From assembly GCF_009914755.1 (NCBI RefSeq), contig NC_060926.1: a DNA stretch of 64,000 nt; one strand, written 5' to 3'. Positions within the stretch are counted from its first letter, which is position 1; every line of letters begins with the position of its first letter. Below the pieces are notes generated by a model, which had not been told where the DNA came from, did no database searches, and was given only the letters and a program-made list of their open reading frames with translations. Positions 15,521 to 28,740 of this stretch are shown in pieces. The translations under genes were made by a program, and so were the position numbers. The stretch is from the human T2T-CHM13v2.0 reference genome, Homo sapiens.

Positions 15521-15911
15521 CCTTTGACTAACCTCTCCCCATTTCCCCCATCCCCAGCCTCTGGCGGCCACTCTTCCACTCTATTTCTATGAGTTTGACT
15601 TTTTTAGATTCCACATAGAAGCAAGATCATACCGTATTTGTCTTTCCCTGTCTGAGTTATTTCACTTGGCATCATGTCTTCCAGGTTCATCCAAGTTGTC
15701 GCAAATGGCAAGATTTGCTTCTTTTTGGCTAAATAATATACAATTATATATATACACACACACAAACACACATATACATGTATTTCACAATTTATGTATT
15801 CATGTCAATGGACACTTATGGTGGTTATACCTTGGTTATTGTGAACAGTGCTCCAATGAATAACGGAGTGCAGCTATCTCTTTGAGCTATTGATTTCATT
15901 CCTTCTCAACA

Positions 15912-15951
<40 letters not shown>

Positions 15952-16108
15952 GTAAGTAGGTGAGGTGATGGATGTATGAACAAAATTGATTGTGGTCATC
16001 ATTTTTTCACAATATATACATATATCAAATCCTAATATTGTACATCTTAAACTGATAGAGTTTTGTCAGTTAGTTATACCTCAATAAAGCTGGAAAAAAT
16101 AAATAAAA
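15521..16108 (+). mobile_element. L1MA (MA8-10-like) 3' end with inverted 5' segment
   Basis: 15521-15904 is antisense L1 3'UTR; 15903-16108 is the sense 3' end (GTGAGGTGATGGATG...TACCTCAATAAAGCTGGAAAAAAT); diverged TSD AGAAGGAGCAGCCT/AAAAGGAACATCCT; internal (CA)n. Confidence 0.8.
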
Positions 16109-17979
16109 GGAACATCCTGCTGGCTGTCTCTGTGGGACAGCCTGGCCCAGCAGAGCCACTCTCCAGACACTGCACATGCATGTGTCCCTGTAAGAAGCCG
16201 CTGCTGTTCCTTCCTGAACAGTGAAGCTGGTCCCTGTGAGATGTTGCCATCCTTGGGGGAATACCTCAAGTGGCTTCTGCAATGTTCAAAGGCTTCTGCG
16301 ACAACCTCAAACCGACCTCTAGCCCTCCAAAGATTGTGCTGGACTCTGCCTGGAAGGGTGAGGGAGGTGCCCATTTTTTCTCTTGCCCAAAGACCCTCCC
16401 CTTCTTCCATGTGTGCCTGAAGCTGTCTTGAGGCACCAGAGAGCCCCTGTCTGTTTTTCACTCATTTCTGCTAAGCCTGTGTTCACAGATTGAGGTAAAC
16501 CCCGCTGGAGAAATAGAATCTGCTTTCAGCTTCATCTGCAGAACTAGGTCACTTTAGTCTTTTGCTAACCAGATTACCAATAAAAATTGCCTGGAAAAAG
16601 ATGGAGAATGAAAACAAACAAAATGAAACAACATTAAGACAAAAGATAAATCTGTGATAATTTCTTGAGTATAGCATGTTTCTATTTCTGCTTCTGTGGT
16701 TCAGATATTAAAGACTTAAAGTAAATCTCTTTGTTGTAAGATTAAAGAGAATTTCCCATATTAAATAAAATTAAAAGCTTGGATTAAAGGAAGCAACACT
16801 ATCAGCTAGTTTCTTCCATTGGTTGCATCATCGACATCTTTGAACCCCAGGATTTAAGATGGAGCAACTTCCAAAAACTCTTGTCCTTTCAAGCCATTTC
16901 TGCGGTGACACTGAGGCTACTGGGGAATCTGTTTGGCCAGTGGAGGGCACTTCAGCCTCTTGCTCTGGGTGTAATCACTTTGCTTTTCACACATGACCTG
17001 GCAGAGCTGATGCAACTCTAGTGCCTCACACAAACATTTCCATTTGCAACCTACTGGATTGTGTCATTCATCTCTTTTTGCTCTTGCATTTCCTTCTAAT
17101 ATTGAAGGTAGACTTGCTGGCTTGGAAACCTGACATCTGTGCTTTGAAGTCTAGGAGGATGAAAAAGTCTTGAAGCCAGGACAAGATGGCCCGCAAAGGG
17201 ATCAGGTTTTATTCTGACCAAAATAAAGACTTTTTAAAGACTTTTGAAGCCTTGTTTATGCTATCAGGGCTCCAATTTAAAAGATGTCACTGTCAGTAGA
17301 TGTCTTCTGATTTTGAGAAGCACATGTGATGAGTTCTGGGTCACTCACCTTCCCACGGCGTCCTCGGTGTTCCTAGCCTCATTGTTGCTCTCAGCCAGCC
17401 TCAACCAAAACCTCTTCCTCTGGAAGCCTGTCCCTTCCCCCACTCCCATTTGCGAGTCTTCCCAGATGCCCTTTTCTAGTGCTTCAACCACGGTCCCCCA
17501 CCTGCCTCTCCCTCTACCTGCTCCCTTAACAGCTCCACCTTGCCCCTCCTCTTAAGGGTGAGGAGTAGCTACAGGTAGAGAAATACTTAACGTCATGCTT
17601 TTATTTTTGGACTCCCCAGTAGACCTGAGTGCTTTATTCAAGGAGGACATCAGCATTGATTTTCCCTCTCAGCAAAGTGCTTTAAAGGTGAAAGTGCCTT
17701 TTCACAGAGCTGGGGCCACCTTGCATCATAGCCTTGGAGCCATTTCTGTGTGGCAGAGAGAAGGCTACCCACTCCTTCCCCACTTCCCGTCTCCATTGAC
17801 AGCCTTCTCTTTGAAGCTGATGTGTGCCTCTGACTTTCTGCAACCCTGAACTTTCAGCATTGTGTTTTTCGGCTAGCCATTCTACAGCTTGATCATCTGA
17901 ATGCAGATATGCATAGAGGTTCTGCTCGTGACCATGTGACCCACCTTTGTATCCTGCAAGAACAATGGGATTGGTGTGG

Positions 17980-18215
17980 AGGATGAGAGCTGGAGCTCTG
18001 GAGTCAATATGCCTAGAGGGAATTGTGGATTACTATCATGTAATCTTCAGCAAGCTAATTAATGGCTCTGTGCCTTAGTTTCCTCCTCTGCAAAATGAAG
18101 GTAGTAACGGAAGCTACTCATGGGATCATTAAAAGAATTCTATGAGACAGTACTTATTATAAATTTAAAGTGGTTTGTGACATATAGTAAATGGTCAAAA
18201 AATGTTAGCTAGTAG
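17980..18215 (+). mobile_element. MIR
   Basis: GCTCTGGAGTCA...CTGTGCCTTAGTTTCCTCCTCTGCAAAATG...AAATGTTAGCT. Confidence 0.8.
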
Positions 18216-18461
18216 TCAAAATAGAAGTAGGGTGAGATTTAATTACATTTATAAAAATCACTCAAGCCTGCAAATGCCCAGTGCACCTGAGGGAGTGACA
18301 GAATCATCATTGTCCAAATCTAGTTCCTACTTGTCCCAAGCAAGAAAATGTCAGGGCAAACAGCTCCGTCCTTTCTTCCTCCATCTGTGAGGTAGCAATG
18401 TGAATGCCTCTCTTCCTTTTTCTCTAGGTACCCATAGTAGGAGAGACAATGTATTCTACAC

Positions 18462-18952
18462 CAGGACTTCTAAAATGTTCATGTGCGTAGAACTCACTTG
18501 GAAATCTTAGACAGATATGGATTCTGATTTAGTAGTTCTGGGCTGGGGCCTGAGAGTCTACATTTCTTTTCTTTCTTTTCTTTTTTTCTTTTTGAGATGG
18601 AGTTTTGCTCATTTTTCCCAGGCTGGATTGCAATGGCATGATCTCAGCTCATTGCAACTCTGCCTCCCTGGTTCAAGTGATTCTCTTACCTCAGCCTCCC
18701 AAGTAGCTGGGATTACAGGCATGCACCACCATGCCAGGCTAATTTTTTGTCTTTTTAGTACAGATGGGGTTTCACCATGTTGGTCAGCTGGTCTTGAACT
18801 CCAGACCTCAAGTGATCCACCCACCTCGGCCTCCCAAAGTGCTGGTATTACAGGCATGAGCCACCATGCCTGGCTGAGATTCTGCATTTCTTTCAAGGTC
18901 ACAAGTGCTGCTGTTGCTTCTGGTCTGGGCACCACATTTTGAGTAGCAAAGA
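18462..18952. mobile_element. MER5-type hAT element interrupted by an Alu
   Basis: GATTCTGATTTAGTAGTTCTGGGCTGGGGCCTGAGA...CTGCATTTCT...ACCACATTTTGAGTAGCA. Confidence 0.75.
18570..18875 (-). mobile_element. AluS (Sq/Sp-like)
   Basis: GAGTTTTGCTC..TGCAATGGC; TSD GAGA(G/T)TCT(A/G)CATTTCTTT. Confidence 0.93.
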
Positions 18953-19246
18953 TCTATACGATGATCTGACCTGGAGGCAGGAGCCCATCTGGGTGAATAT
19001 TAGGTGGAAAAGAACACCAGGAGTGGCTCAGCTGCTAGGGCTCAGAATGGTGTTTCAGGCTCCTGTGTGGTTATACCCCAGAAATGCAAATGGACTCTTG
19101 CTAAAAGGTTCTGAAATGGCCACAAATATTTGAAAACCCTGAAGCCAAGGCCATCTTATTTTGGGCTCAGTCTTTATGTATTTTTATTTTAAATATTTAT
19201 TTTATAGATCTATCCATCTATGTATCCAGCTATCTAGCTATGTCTG

Positions 19247-19351
19247 TGGTCCCCCACCCAGAGATGGACTCAGTACACAAGGGCCATTTTCCACACCCCT
19301 GATTGCAGTCACAACCAATTAGCAGGACCCAAGGACCCATTCCCTAGTCCC
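19247..19351 (+). mobile_element. Isolated ~105-bp LTR8-like fragment
   Basis: CCCCACCCAGAGATGGACTCAG...CCATTTTCCACACCCCT...CCCATTCCCTAGTCCC; inverted homolog of 20313-20399. Confidence 0.75.
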
Positions 19352-20134
19352 TATATATATGTACACACACGCACACACACTCACACACACACTTTTTTTT
19401 CAAGAGAATCATAGTAAACTTTAAAAAGGGACTCAAACATGCATTTTGAAAGCAAAGGTAGTCACAGTAAATGCAGTACATTTTTGAAAAAATGATTCAG
19501 ATATACATTTTAAAAGAAAAGTCACAATATTTTCAGCATTTTAAAGTTTTAGGAATACATGACATAAAGTTCTTGTGACTCTGGAGCCCTACTTTCCTCT
19601 TTATCCTCCCTTCTGTGTACGTACAAATCACACATTCATATCCATATTTCATTTGGCTAAAATGATAAGTTTCTAAGCTTGTAATTCTTCACTGTTATTG
19701 TAAGGGGAACTTGAGGGAGGTGGTCAAAGTGAGGGGCAGGGAAGGAGCCCTTCCCGGTGAGCAGCAGCAAACTACCACTGGAGCAAGGTCAAGACTGTCT
19801 TGATTTGCAGCTAGTTCCATCAGCCCAGAGTTTTTCAGAGCACACCAGCAGCTCTGAAGTTTCCTATCCTGTGTTTTAATGTGGTTTTTTGAGATTTAAT
19901 TTTGGTGAATCAGATCCTCAGGGGCATACATTTTTATATTCTAGGCTAAAGCTGCCACAGGGAGGGAAACGTAGGGATTCTTTTTTAGATTAAGTGGTAT
20001 CTGTCATTTGCAGATACTCATCTTTGCAGATGCCCATCTTTGATGGCACTTTTTATGTAGGTAAGTTTTGTGGTCCATGGGTCTCTGGTTCATAGTACGT
20101 GGCTGACTCAGAAGAGAGACTCTATCCACAAAGG

Positions 20135-20886
20135 TGTAATCACTTGACAGCCTCTTTGTGCCTGCTGCACAGACAAAACCAATTCACTGAGACCACGGTA
20201 TTGCAGTAAAGAAAGAGTTTAATTAATGCTAGGCTAAACACATGGAAGATGGAGTTATTATTACTCAAATCAGTCTTCCCAAAGGCTTGGAGGTTAGGCT
20301 TTTTCAAGGCAGGGGACTAGGGAATGGGTCCACATGATTGGTTGGGGATGCAGTCATAGGGTGTGGAAAATGGTCCGTGTGCTGAGTATGCCTCTGGGTA
20401 GGTTTAGGGGGTGCAGAAGATCAGTTGAGTCATGAGCCATGAGTCTAGGTGGGATTACTGAGTTTCCAGAATGCAAAGGTCTGAAAAGCATCTCAAAAGA
20501 CCAATCTCAGGTTTTATAATAGTAATGTTATCTATAGGAACAATTGGAGAAGGCACAAATCTTGTAACCTCTGGCCACATGACTCCTGAGCGGTAGGAGG
20601 TTATAGAAACTATATCTACATTTTAGTGGAGTTCAGGCTCCTCCCATAATCCTAATCTCATGGCCTTTCACCAGGTTTTTGCACTGAGCAAGGGGAGAAT
20701 TAGTTTTAGGGAGGAACTGTTCTCATCCTTGCTTCCAAGTTAAACTATAAACTAAATTCCTCCCATGGTTAGCTTGGCCTACGCCCAGGAATAAGCAAAG
20801 ACAGTCAGCCTGTGAGGCTAGAAGCAAAATGGAGTCAGCCCTGTTAGACTTCTCTCACTGTCATAATCTTTACAAAAGAGGTTTCA
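20135..20886 (-). mobile_element. LTR8A-like ERV1 solo LTR
   Basis: TG..CA ends; minus strand begins TGAAACCTCTTTTGTAAAGATTATGACAGTGAGAGAAG...GACTCCATTTTGCTTCTAGCCTCACAGGCTG. Confidence 0.8.
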
Positions 20887-23230
20887 AGGTTGCCAGGAGA
20901 GTTTCACAGGACCTGGTCCGTTTGGATGTAAGACACCTCTTTCTTCAGACTTCCTCCATGTGGACCCATTCTGCTGCTGGACTGGATATGTTGATGTGAA
21001 ATTTGCTGTTGACCTGGCAGTCTACATTCATGCTGCAGAAGGACAGTCGTAGCAATGTATTTCCTGAGTATTGGAAGAAACAGCCAAAAAAGAATTGACT
21101 TCACCTTGAGATGAACCCCGTACCCTTGAACCTGTAGATGTATATTCATGAAAACAAATGGAAGGACTTTGGGCACTTGACCTCTATTTTGTTACAATTT
21201 ATATTATTAGCAGCAGAGATTTAGGCCAGGAGACTGGATTCTTGTTTGTGACCTTGATAGAACGTATTAACTTTATTTATGTTGTAATGTGAATGATTCT
21301 TTGACTTTAGGAGAGGGAAGTCCACTTCCTTGAATGTAAGTTATACATTTTATTTTATTTTTCCGTCAACTGGGAGAAGTCCATCTCTCTACTAGGCTGA
21401 TAAGCTCTTACCATATGTACATGTCTTTCCTTTTATATGTTTAAATCTTTGAATTTTATAGAATACTAAGAATTGAAACTTTATGCACTTTTGAACCTTT
21501 GAAATCTTTCTTTCTGCTAGGACCATACGACACTTAAATATACCTAAATTATATCTTATTAGATTTTGAATATTTTATATGGCTCTGTCTGATTTGATGC
21601 CAGAACTCACTGGGTAATTCTACTATTATTCTCCCTGGAGTTAAAAACTGCTTTTTATTTATATTCACTCTTCCTAATCTTTGTCAGTACACAAATGTGA
21701 TTGAATAACAAGGCTCAACAGAAATACATGAAAGTATTTCACTCTCTTTTAAAATGTTTTATGTTAACTCTTTTTCATTTTGTGTACAACAAGTATTTTT
21801 CTAAAAACTTTATTTCTCAGACCCCTTTGAGAATCTGACAGGCTGTAGATTCTCTTTCTAGAAAAATACACACACATATAAGACATTTTGTCCCGGCTCT
21901 TAATTATTGGTTATTACTGGGTTATATTAAATTCTTTATCTGCACTTCACTTTTTGTGGTATTTCTGTCTTCCTATTTTTTCTTATATTTTCTCATTTAT
22001 TTGTTCTTTCTTTTAATCAATTTCCTTTCTTTCAATTTAATATCTAAGTACTATAACACAGCTATGAGCGCATTGCTATAGGCACATAAAGTATTGAACA
22101 ACGAGCTTCCTCTTTGGGATCAGAGAATATTGCCAAGAGGCAGGAGGAACTTTGAGCTGGAAATTGAGAAATGAGCTCAAGTTTCCAAGGCAGAGTAGAT
22201 AGAGGAAAAGATGTGGCCCTCCACTCCAGCCAGGGTGAAAGAGAAAGACTGTTTAAAAAAAAATTAGATGAAACAGCACATACTAGGGCAATAAAGTGTG
22301 GAAAAGTTTGTAAAAGTCCAGTGAGAAGGGGCAATGGCAGTACAGGGGACCAGGGCTGTGGTTGGTGTGCTGGAGAGAAGAGCAAGTGTCAGCAAGAATG
22401 AGCATAAGGAGACCTCTTGCTCTATATTTAAGTTCCAACATCATGAACACAGTGAGTGTTTCTGTTCCTTGGTCTGGGGGTTTAGCAGTCTCTGAAGTAT
22501 CCCATTTGAAGCCAAGAATAGCCTCAATCAATAATAATATCTTTATTTCTAAATATACAACTTAAACCTTTTGAAAGAATAATTGGTGTTCAATTCTGAT
22601 TTAGTTAGTTTGGGTGGTCATTACAAAGTATCTTAGACTGGGTAATTCATAAACAATAGAAATGTATTGCTCACAATTCTAGAGGCTGGAAAGTTCAAGA
22701 GCAAGGCATCAGCAGATTCAGTGTCTGCTTAGGGCCTCTCCTCATGGCTAGTGCTTTCTATGTGTCCTCCCAGGGCAGAGGGGATGAATAGGCTCCCTCA
22801 AGGCTTTTTTTATGAGGGTGCTGTATTAGTCCATTTTCACCCTGCTGATAAAGACATACCTGAGACTGAGAAATGTAAAAAAGAAAGAAGTTTAATGGAC
22901 TTACAGTTCCACATGGCTAGTGGGGGGGAGCGGGGTTCACAATCATGGTGGAAGGCAAGGAGGAGCAAGTCATGTCTTACATGGATGACAGCAGGCAAAG
23001 AGAGAGAGAACTCATGCAGGGAAGCTCCTCTTTATAAGACAATCAGATCTTGTGAGACTTATTCACTATCACAAGAACAGCAGGGGAAAGGCTTCCCCCC
23101 TTATTCAGTTATCTCCCACAAAGTCCCTCCCACAACACATTGGAAATGGGTGGGGACACAGCCAAACCATATCATTCTGCTCCTGGCCCCTTACAGATCT
23201 CATGTCCTCACATTTCAAAACCAATCATGT

Positions 23231-23540
<310 letters not shown>

Positions 23541-23580
23541 TCAAAACCAATCATGTGTCTTAACTCATTTCAGCATTAAC

Positions 23581-24468
23581 TCAAAAGTGCACAGTCCAAT
23601 GTCTCATCTGATACAAGGCAAGTCCCTTCCACCTATGAGCCTGTAAAATCAAAAGCAAGTTAGTTACTTCCCAGATACAATGGGATACAGGCATTGGGTA
23701 AATATAGCCATTCCAAATGGGAGAAATTGGCCAAAACAAAGGTACTACAGGCCCCATGCAAGTCTGAAATCCAGCGGGGCAGTCAAATCTTAAAGCTCCA
23801 AAATGATCTCCTTTGACTCCATGTTTCACCTCGAGGTCACACTTATACAAGTGGTGAGTTCCCATGGTATTGGGCAGCTTCACCCCTGTGGCTTTGCAGG
23901 GTATAGCCTCCCTCTTGGCTGCTTTCATGGGCTGGCGTTGAGTGCCTGTGGCTTTTCCAGGTGGACAGTGCAAGCTGTCAGTGGATCTACCATTCTGGGG
24001 TCTGGAGGATGGTGGCCCTCTTCTCACAGCTCCACTATGTGATGCCCCAGTAGGGACTCTGTGTGGGGGCTCTGACCCCACATTTCCCTTCTGCACTGTC
24101 CTAGCAGAGGTTCTCCATGAGGGCCCTGCCCCTGCAGCAAACTTCTGCCTGAGCATCCAGGCATTTCCATACATCCTCTGAAATTTAGGTGATGGTTCCC
24201 AAACCCCAATTCTTGACTTCTGTGTACTGGGAGGCTCAACACCACATGGAAGGTGCAATGACTTGAGGCTTGCACCCTCTGAAGCTGTGGCCTGAGCTCT
24301 ACATTTCCTCCTTTCAGCAACTGCTGGAGCAGCTGGGATGCAGGGCACCAAGTCCCTAGGCTGCACACAGCACAGGGAGCCTTGGCCCAGACCACAAAAC
24401 CACTTTTTCCTCCTAGACCTCCAAGTCTGTGTTGGGACCTTTGAGTCTGCCTCAAAGGTCTCTGACAT
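23581..24468 (-). pseudogene. 295-aa open remnant of the THE1/MaLR internal ORF
   Basis: Lies inside THE1-int; peptide QRMYGNAWMLRQKFAAGAGPSWRTSAR is typical THE1-int translation. Confidence 0.75.
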
Positions 24469-25849
24469 GCCCTTGAGACATTTTCCCCATTGTCTTGTGG
24501 GTTAACATTCAACTCCTTGTTACTTATGCAAATTTTCTGCAGCTGGCTTGGATTTCTCCTCAGAAAATGGAATTTTCTTTTCTATCACATTGTCAGGCTG
24601 CAAATTTTCTGAACTTGTATGCTCTGCTTCCTGTATAAAACTGAATGCCTTTAACAGCATGCAAGTCACCTCTTGAATGCTTTGCTGCTTAGAAATTTCT
24701 TCCACCAGATACCCTAAATCATTTCTCTCAAGTTCAAAGTTCCACAGATCTCTAGAGCAGGGGCAAAATGCCACCAGTCTCTTTGCTAAAACACAACAAG
24801 AGTCATCTTTGCTCCTGTTCCCAACAAGTACCTCAACTCTGCCCGAGACCACTTCAGCCCAGATTTCACTGTCCATATCATTATCAGCATTGGTCAAAGT
24901 CATTCAACAAGTCTCTAGGAAGTTCCAAACTTTCCCACATTTTTCTATGTTATTCTGAGCCCTTCACATTGTTCCAAACTCTGCCTATTACCCAGTTCCA
25001 AATTCGCTTCCACATTTTCAGGTATTTACAGCAGTGCCCCACTCTACTGGTACCAATTTACTGGATTAATCCGTTTTCATGCTGCTGATAAAGACATACC
25101 CGAGATTGGGCAATTTACAAAAAAGAGGTTTAATGGACTTACAGTTCCATGTGTCTGTGGTGGGGGGTCACAATCATGGCAGAAGGCAAGAAGGAGCAAG
25201 TCATGACTTACACAGATGGCAGCAGGCAAAGACAGAGAGAGAGAACTCGTGCAGGGAAGCTCCTCTTTATAAAACAATCAGATCTCATGAGACTTACTAC
25301 CATGAGAACAGCATGGGAAAGACTTGCCCCCATGATTCAATTATCTCCCACTGGGTCCCTCCCATGACACATGGGAATTCAAGATGAGATTTGGGTGGGG
25401 AGACAGCCAAACCATATTGGGTGCTAATCCCATTCACGAAGGCAGAACGCTAATGAACTAATTACCTTCCAAAGGCTCTATCATCACCTTGGAGGTTAAG
25501 TTTCAACATATGAATTCTGGGGGGACACAAACATTCAGAGCATAGCAAATTTAATTTATGGTAGTTAAAGGTCTGCTCTCATATTCTAAATGGGTTGTCA
25601 TTGTCATCATTATCATCATCATGATAACAATCATGTCAACAATGATAACCACCGCCACCACTCACTTTGGATGGAAGAGCTTAGGTTAGGTTCAGGATAA
25701 GGTAATTTTTAATAAAGATAAGCCCAAAACACACATAATCCTTGCCTTAAGATGCAGACATTCTCTTGCCTGATTCCACATTACAATATTAGGCAGGAAA
25801 AAAATATTACCTTAGGAACTGAGTGATAAATAATACAAAGCCGTCTTTT

Positions 25850-26836
25850 CCAAACCCACATCACTGCCTTTGTTCAGACCCTCCCGATCTCTTGCTTGAC
25901 TTTGTGGTACCTTCCTCACTAGTTTCCCCACCTCTGGTCTAACCCCAGTTGCATTATCCCTGGTACTGTAGCCAGAAGGATATTTTTATTTATTTATTTA
26001 TTTTTTTAGATGGAGTCTTGCTCTGTCATCTAGGCTGGAGTGCAGTGGTGCAATCTTGGCTCACTGAAACCTCTGCCTCCTGGATTCAAACAATTCTCTG
26101 GTTTCAGCCTCCTAAGTAGCTGGGATTACAGGTGTGTGCCACGATGTGTGGCTAATTTTTGTATTTTTAGTAGAGAAGGGGTTTCACCATGTTGGCCATG
26201 CTGGTCTCGAACTCCTGACCTCAAGTGATGTGCCTGACTCAGCCTCCCAAAATCTTGGGATTACAAGTGTGAGCCACCTCACCCAGCCCGTAGGGATCTT
26301 TCTAATATGCAAATCTGATCATGATGCGTCCTAATCTAAACCACTTACATTTCTCTAATTTTCATGCAACAATGTCCAAACCACTAAATAAAGAACGTAG
26401 AGATCATAGGATGCACTATGCCCTGACTTTTTTCTGCTTGGGTAGTCTCATCTCTAATACTGCTACCGAACGCAGTTCCCTGAATACATAAGCTAGTCTT
26501 CATCTTCACATTTTTTAAGTTGACTTTCCTTTAGCCTCATAAACTCTTTCCTTTTTTTCTTGGTCTGGCTAGAGAATCATTATTCATCCTTTAAAAGCCA
26601 GCTCAAATGTTGTTTCCTCCAAGAAGCCTTCTTTGATATCTCTAGAGACAATTAAGAGTTTATTTCACCATATTCCCATAATGCCTTGCTTCTATCTGTA
26701 TAAAAATCTTAAGACCAGAACAAATTATTAGAACACTGGGAGGCCTAGGACAGTGGAGTTTGTGCTTAGTTCACCTTAATATCTTCTCCACAAGGCTGAG
26801 TACAGAGTTGGTATTGATAGTTATTGAATGAGTGAA
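25850..26836 (+). mobile_element. L2 3' region interrupted by an Alu
   Basis: ATGCAAATCTGATCATG, CAGCTCAAATGTTGTTTCCTCCAAGAAGCCTTC, ends TTATTGAATGAGTGAA. Confidence 0.7.
25983..26288 (-). mobile_element. AluSz-like
   Basis: (TTTA)n tail, CTCGAACTCCTGACCTCAAGTGAT. Confidence 0.93.
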
Positions 26837-28599
26837 AACACACATGTTATTTAAAATAATCTTTGAGTATAAACACCAAAAGTTTATTTTTCTGATGAGA
26901 AAGTCATCTTTTTCCCCCCTCCTGAGAATTCTTTTCCCATTTACTTTGGTGAGAATGGGATGGAGGGCTAGGAACAGAACTAGGAGGGACAGGAGAGATG
27001 AAGGGGATTAGAAGAGATTGGAGTGTAAAGAGTGATAATTGAGACAGAAAGGAAGTGAAAACAAGGCTATTCCTCTTTATGTTAGTGTATCAGGCTGAGG
27101 TCCAGAGAGAAAAATCCCCGTGGGTTTTCAAAAAGGAAGCTTGGGCTCCCAGTATGTGTCCATGTAGCAGAGCAGTGTCTATCTGTCCCTGCTTCCAAGG
27201 GAGGAAAGGAGAACGTGTGAGGTCTCTGTGTACAAAGTTCAGAAGGAACTTGGGTATCCACACTACAGCTGTCTCTACATTCTGTTTGTTTTCCTTTTCA
27301 TTCTCCCTCCCAGCACTTAGGAACCTTCCTTTTCAGGCTGTTCAGCTGAAGATGACCAGGAAACATAACCTAAACAACCCTAAGCCTTTGGGCCAAGGGC
27401 ATTCAGCCTTCCATTGCTCCCAATCCAAGAGCTAGATTTTGAGCGTCTTCCATTAAGGACCCATTTTGCTTGAGAACTGTGTCCAGTGTCTTGGCAGTGC
27501 TTGGTAGCCCTCTGGAAAGATGCTGGCTTTTCTAGTGGCAGGACTGAGTGGCATGTAGGTGAACGGGCAGTAGTACTGTTGGCCCGCCTGAACATGGGGA
27601 AGTAGGTTTGGGGGAAGAATTAGTGCTGTATGCTTTTATCCTTGAGGATGTGAAGACAGCCTGGAAAAGGTACTCTTGGACCATGCTCTTGCCTTAAGAA
27701 GAGAATGTCATGGTGGAGGCAGGAGCACCTGGAGCCTGGCTGCCAAGATCGTTGACTTTTATCTTCCCAGAAAATTGTGCTCCTATAGTTAGCTCTGTAA
27801 GTGGAAGCTCCTCTCTCACAGTAGATTCTGTTTTGTGGTGGGCTAATGACTTAGCATAGCTCCTTTCTCTGTCCTGAAATATCTAGGCCTATTGCCCACT
27901 TTTTAGGACCTAGCTTCAAAGGAGCAGAGGTGAGGGAAGGGGCTTATCCCTCATTTGAAATAGGAATATGGACAAAAATTGGTTAAATAAAATGTCCAAG
28001 GTAGGTGTGGTCAGTAATTATCCCTGGAGAGGTATTTCTGAGATGAGATACCAGAAAGGGATAACAAGAAACTTGAGGGGTATAAAAAGAGACAATGGGT
28101 GATGGTGTTCATAGGAGACTTTTAGTTGCATTTTAGGGACCGACAGACAACAGTTCTATTTCAGCTGCTAGCTGATAATTTCCTGATTCCTTCTTTCACT
28201 GATATGGTAAGGCTCTCCTTCCCTAGAGTGCTGGTCTTGATGAAACTGTCTTCATTTGCTCCTTTTTAGAGATGTTTCAGTTCTTTCTCACAAAGGGAAA
28301 AAAAGATAATTGAATATTAAAATATTCAAATGTATGGTTTATCCCTGGGATAACTAGACTCAAAATCTCCAATTAGTAGGATATTCTGACCAGACCATAT
28401 TATCCTTTCATCATCTAGCCAGCTACACATAGACACGAGGTCATATTTTCCTGGTCTTTGGTACTTTAGGAGCTTTACTATTTCAGAAGTACTTCAGAAG
28501 CAGGGATTCAATGAAATACATGCACATACACAACACACATATGTACACACCAGCCTTTTTCATGATTAGGATTGGTATGGAGGAAAATTAGGTAATGTC

Positions 28600-28740
28600 T
28601 CTCATTCATTTATGAAATATGTTTTGAGCACTTCTATGAACTAGCTTTTCTACTAGGAGCTGGGATACAGCAGGGAGTAAGTCAGAGGCTCTTTATTTGC
28701 ATGTGGTTCAAAAACCGATAAACATCAGGCAAATAATGCA
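28600..28740 (-). mobile_element. L2 3' terminus fragment
   Basis: TCATTCATTTATGAAATATGTTTTGAGCACTTCTATG...GCTGGGATACAG. Confidence 0.6.
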
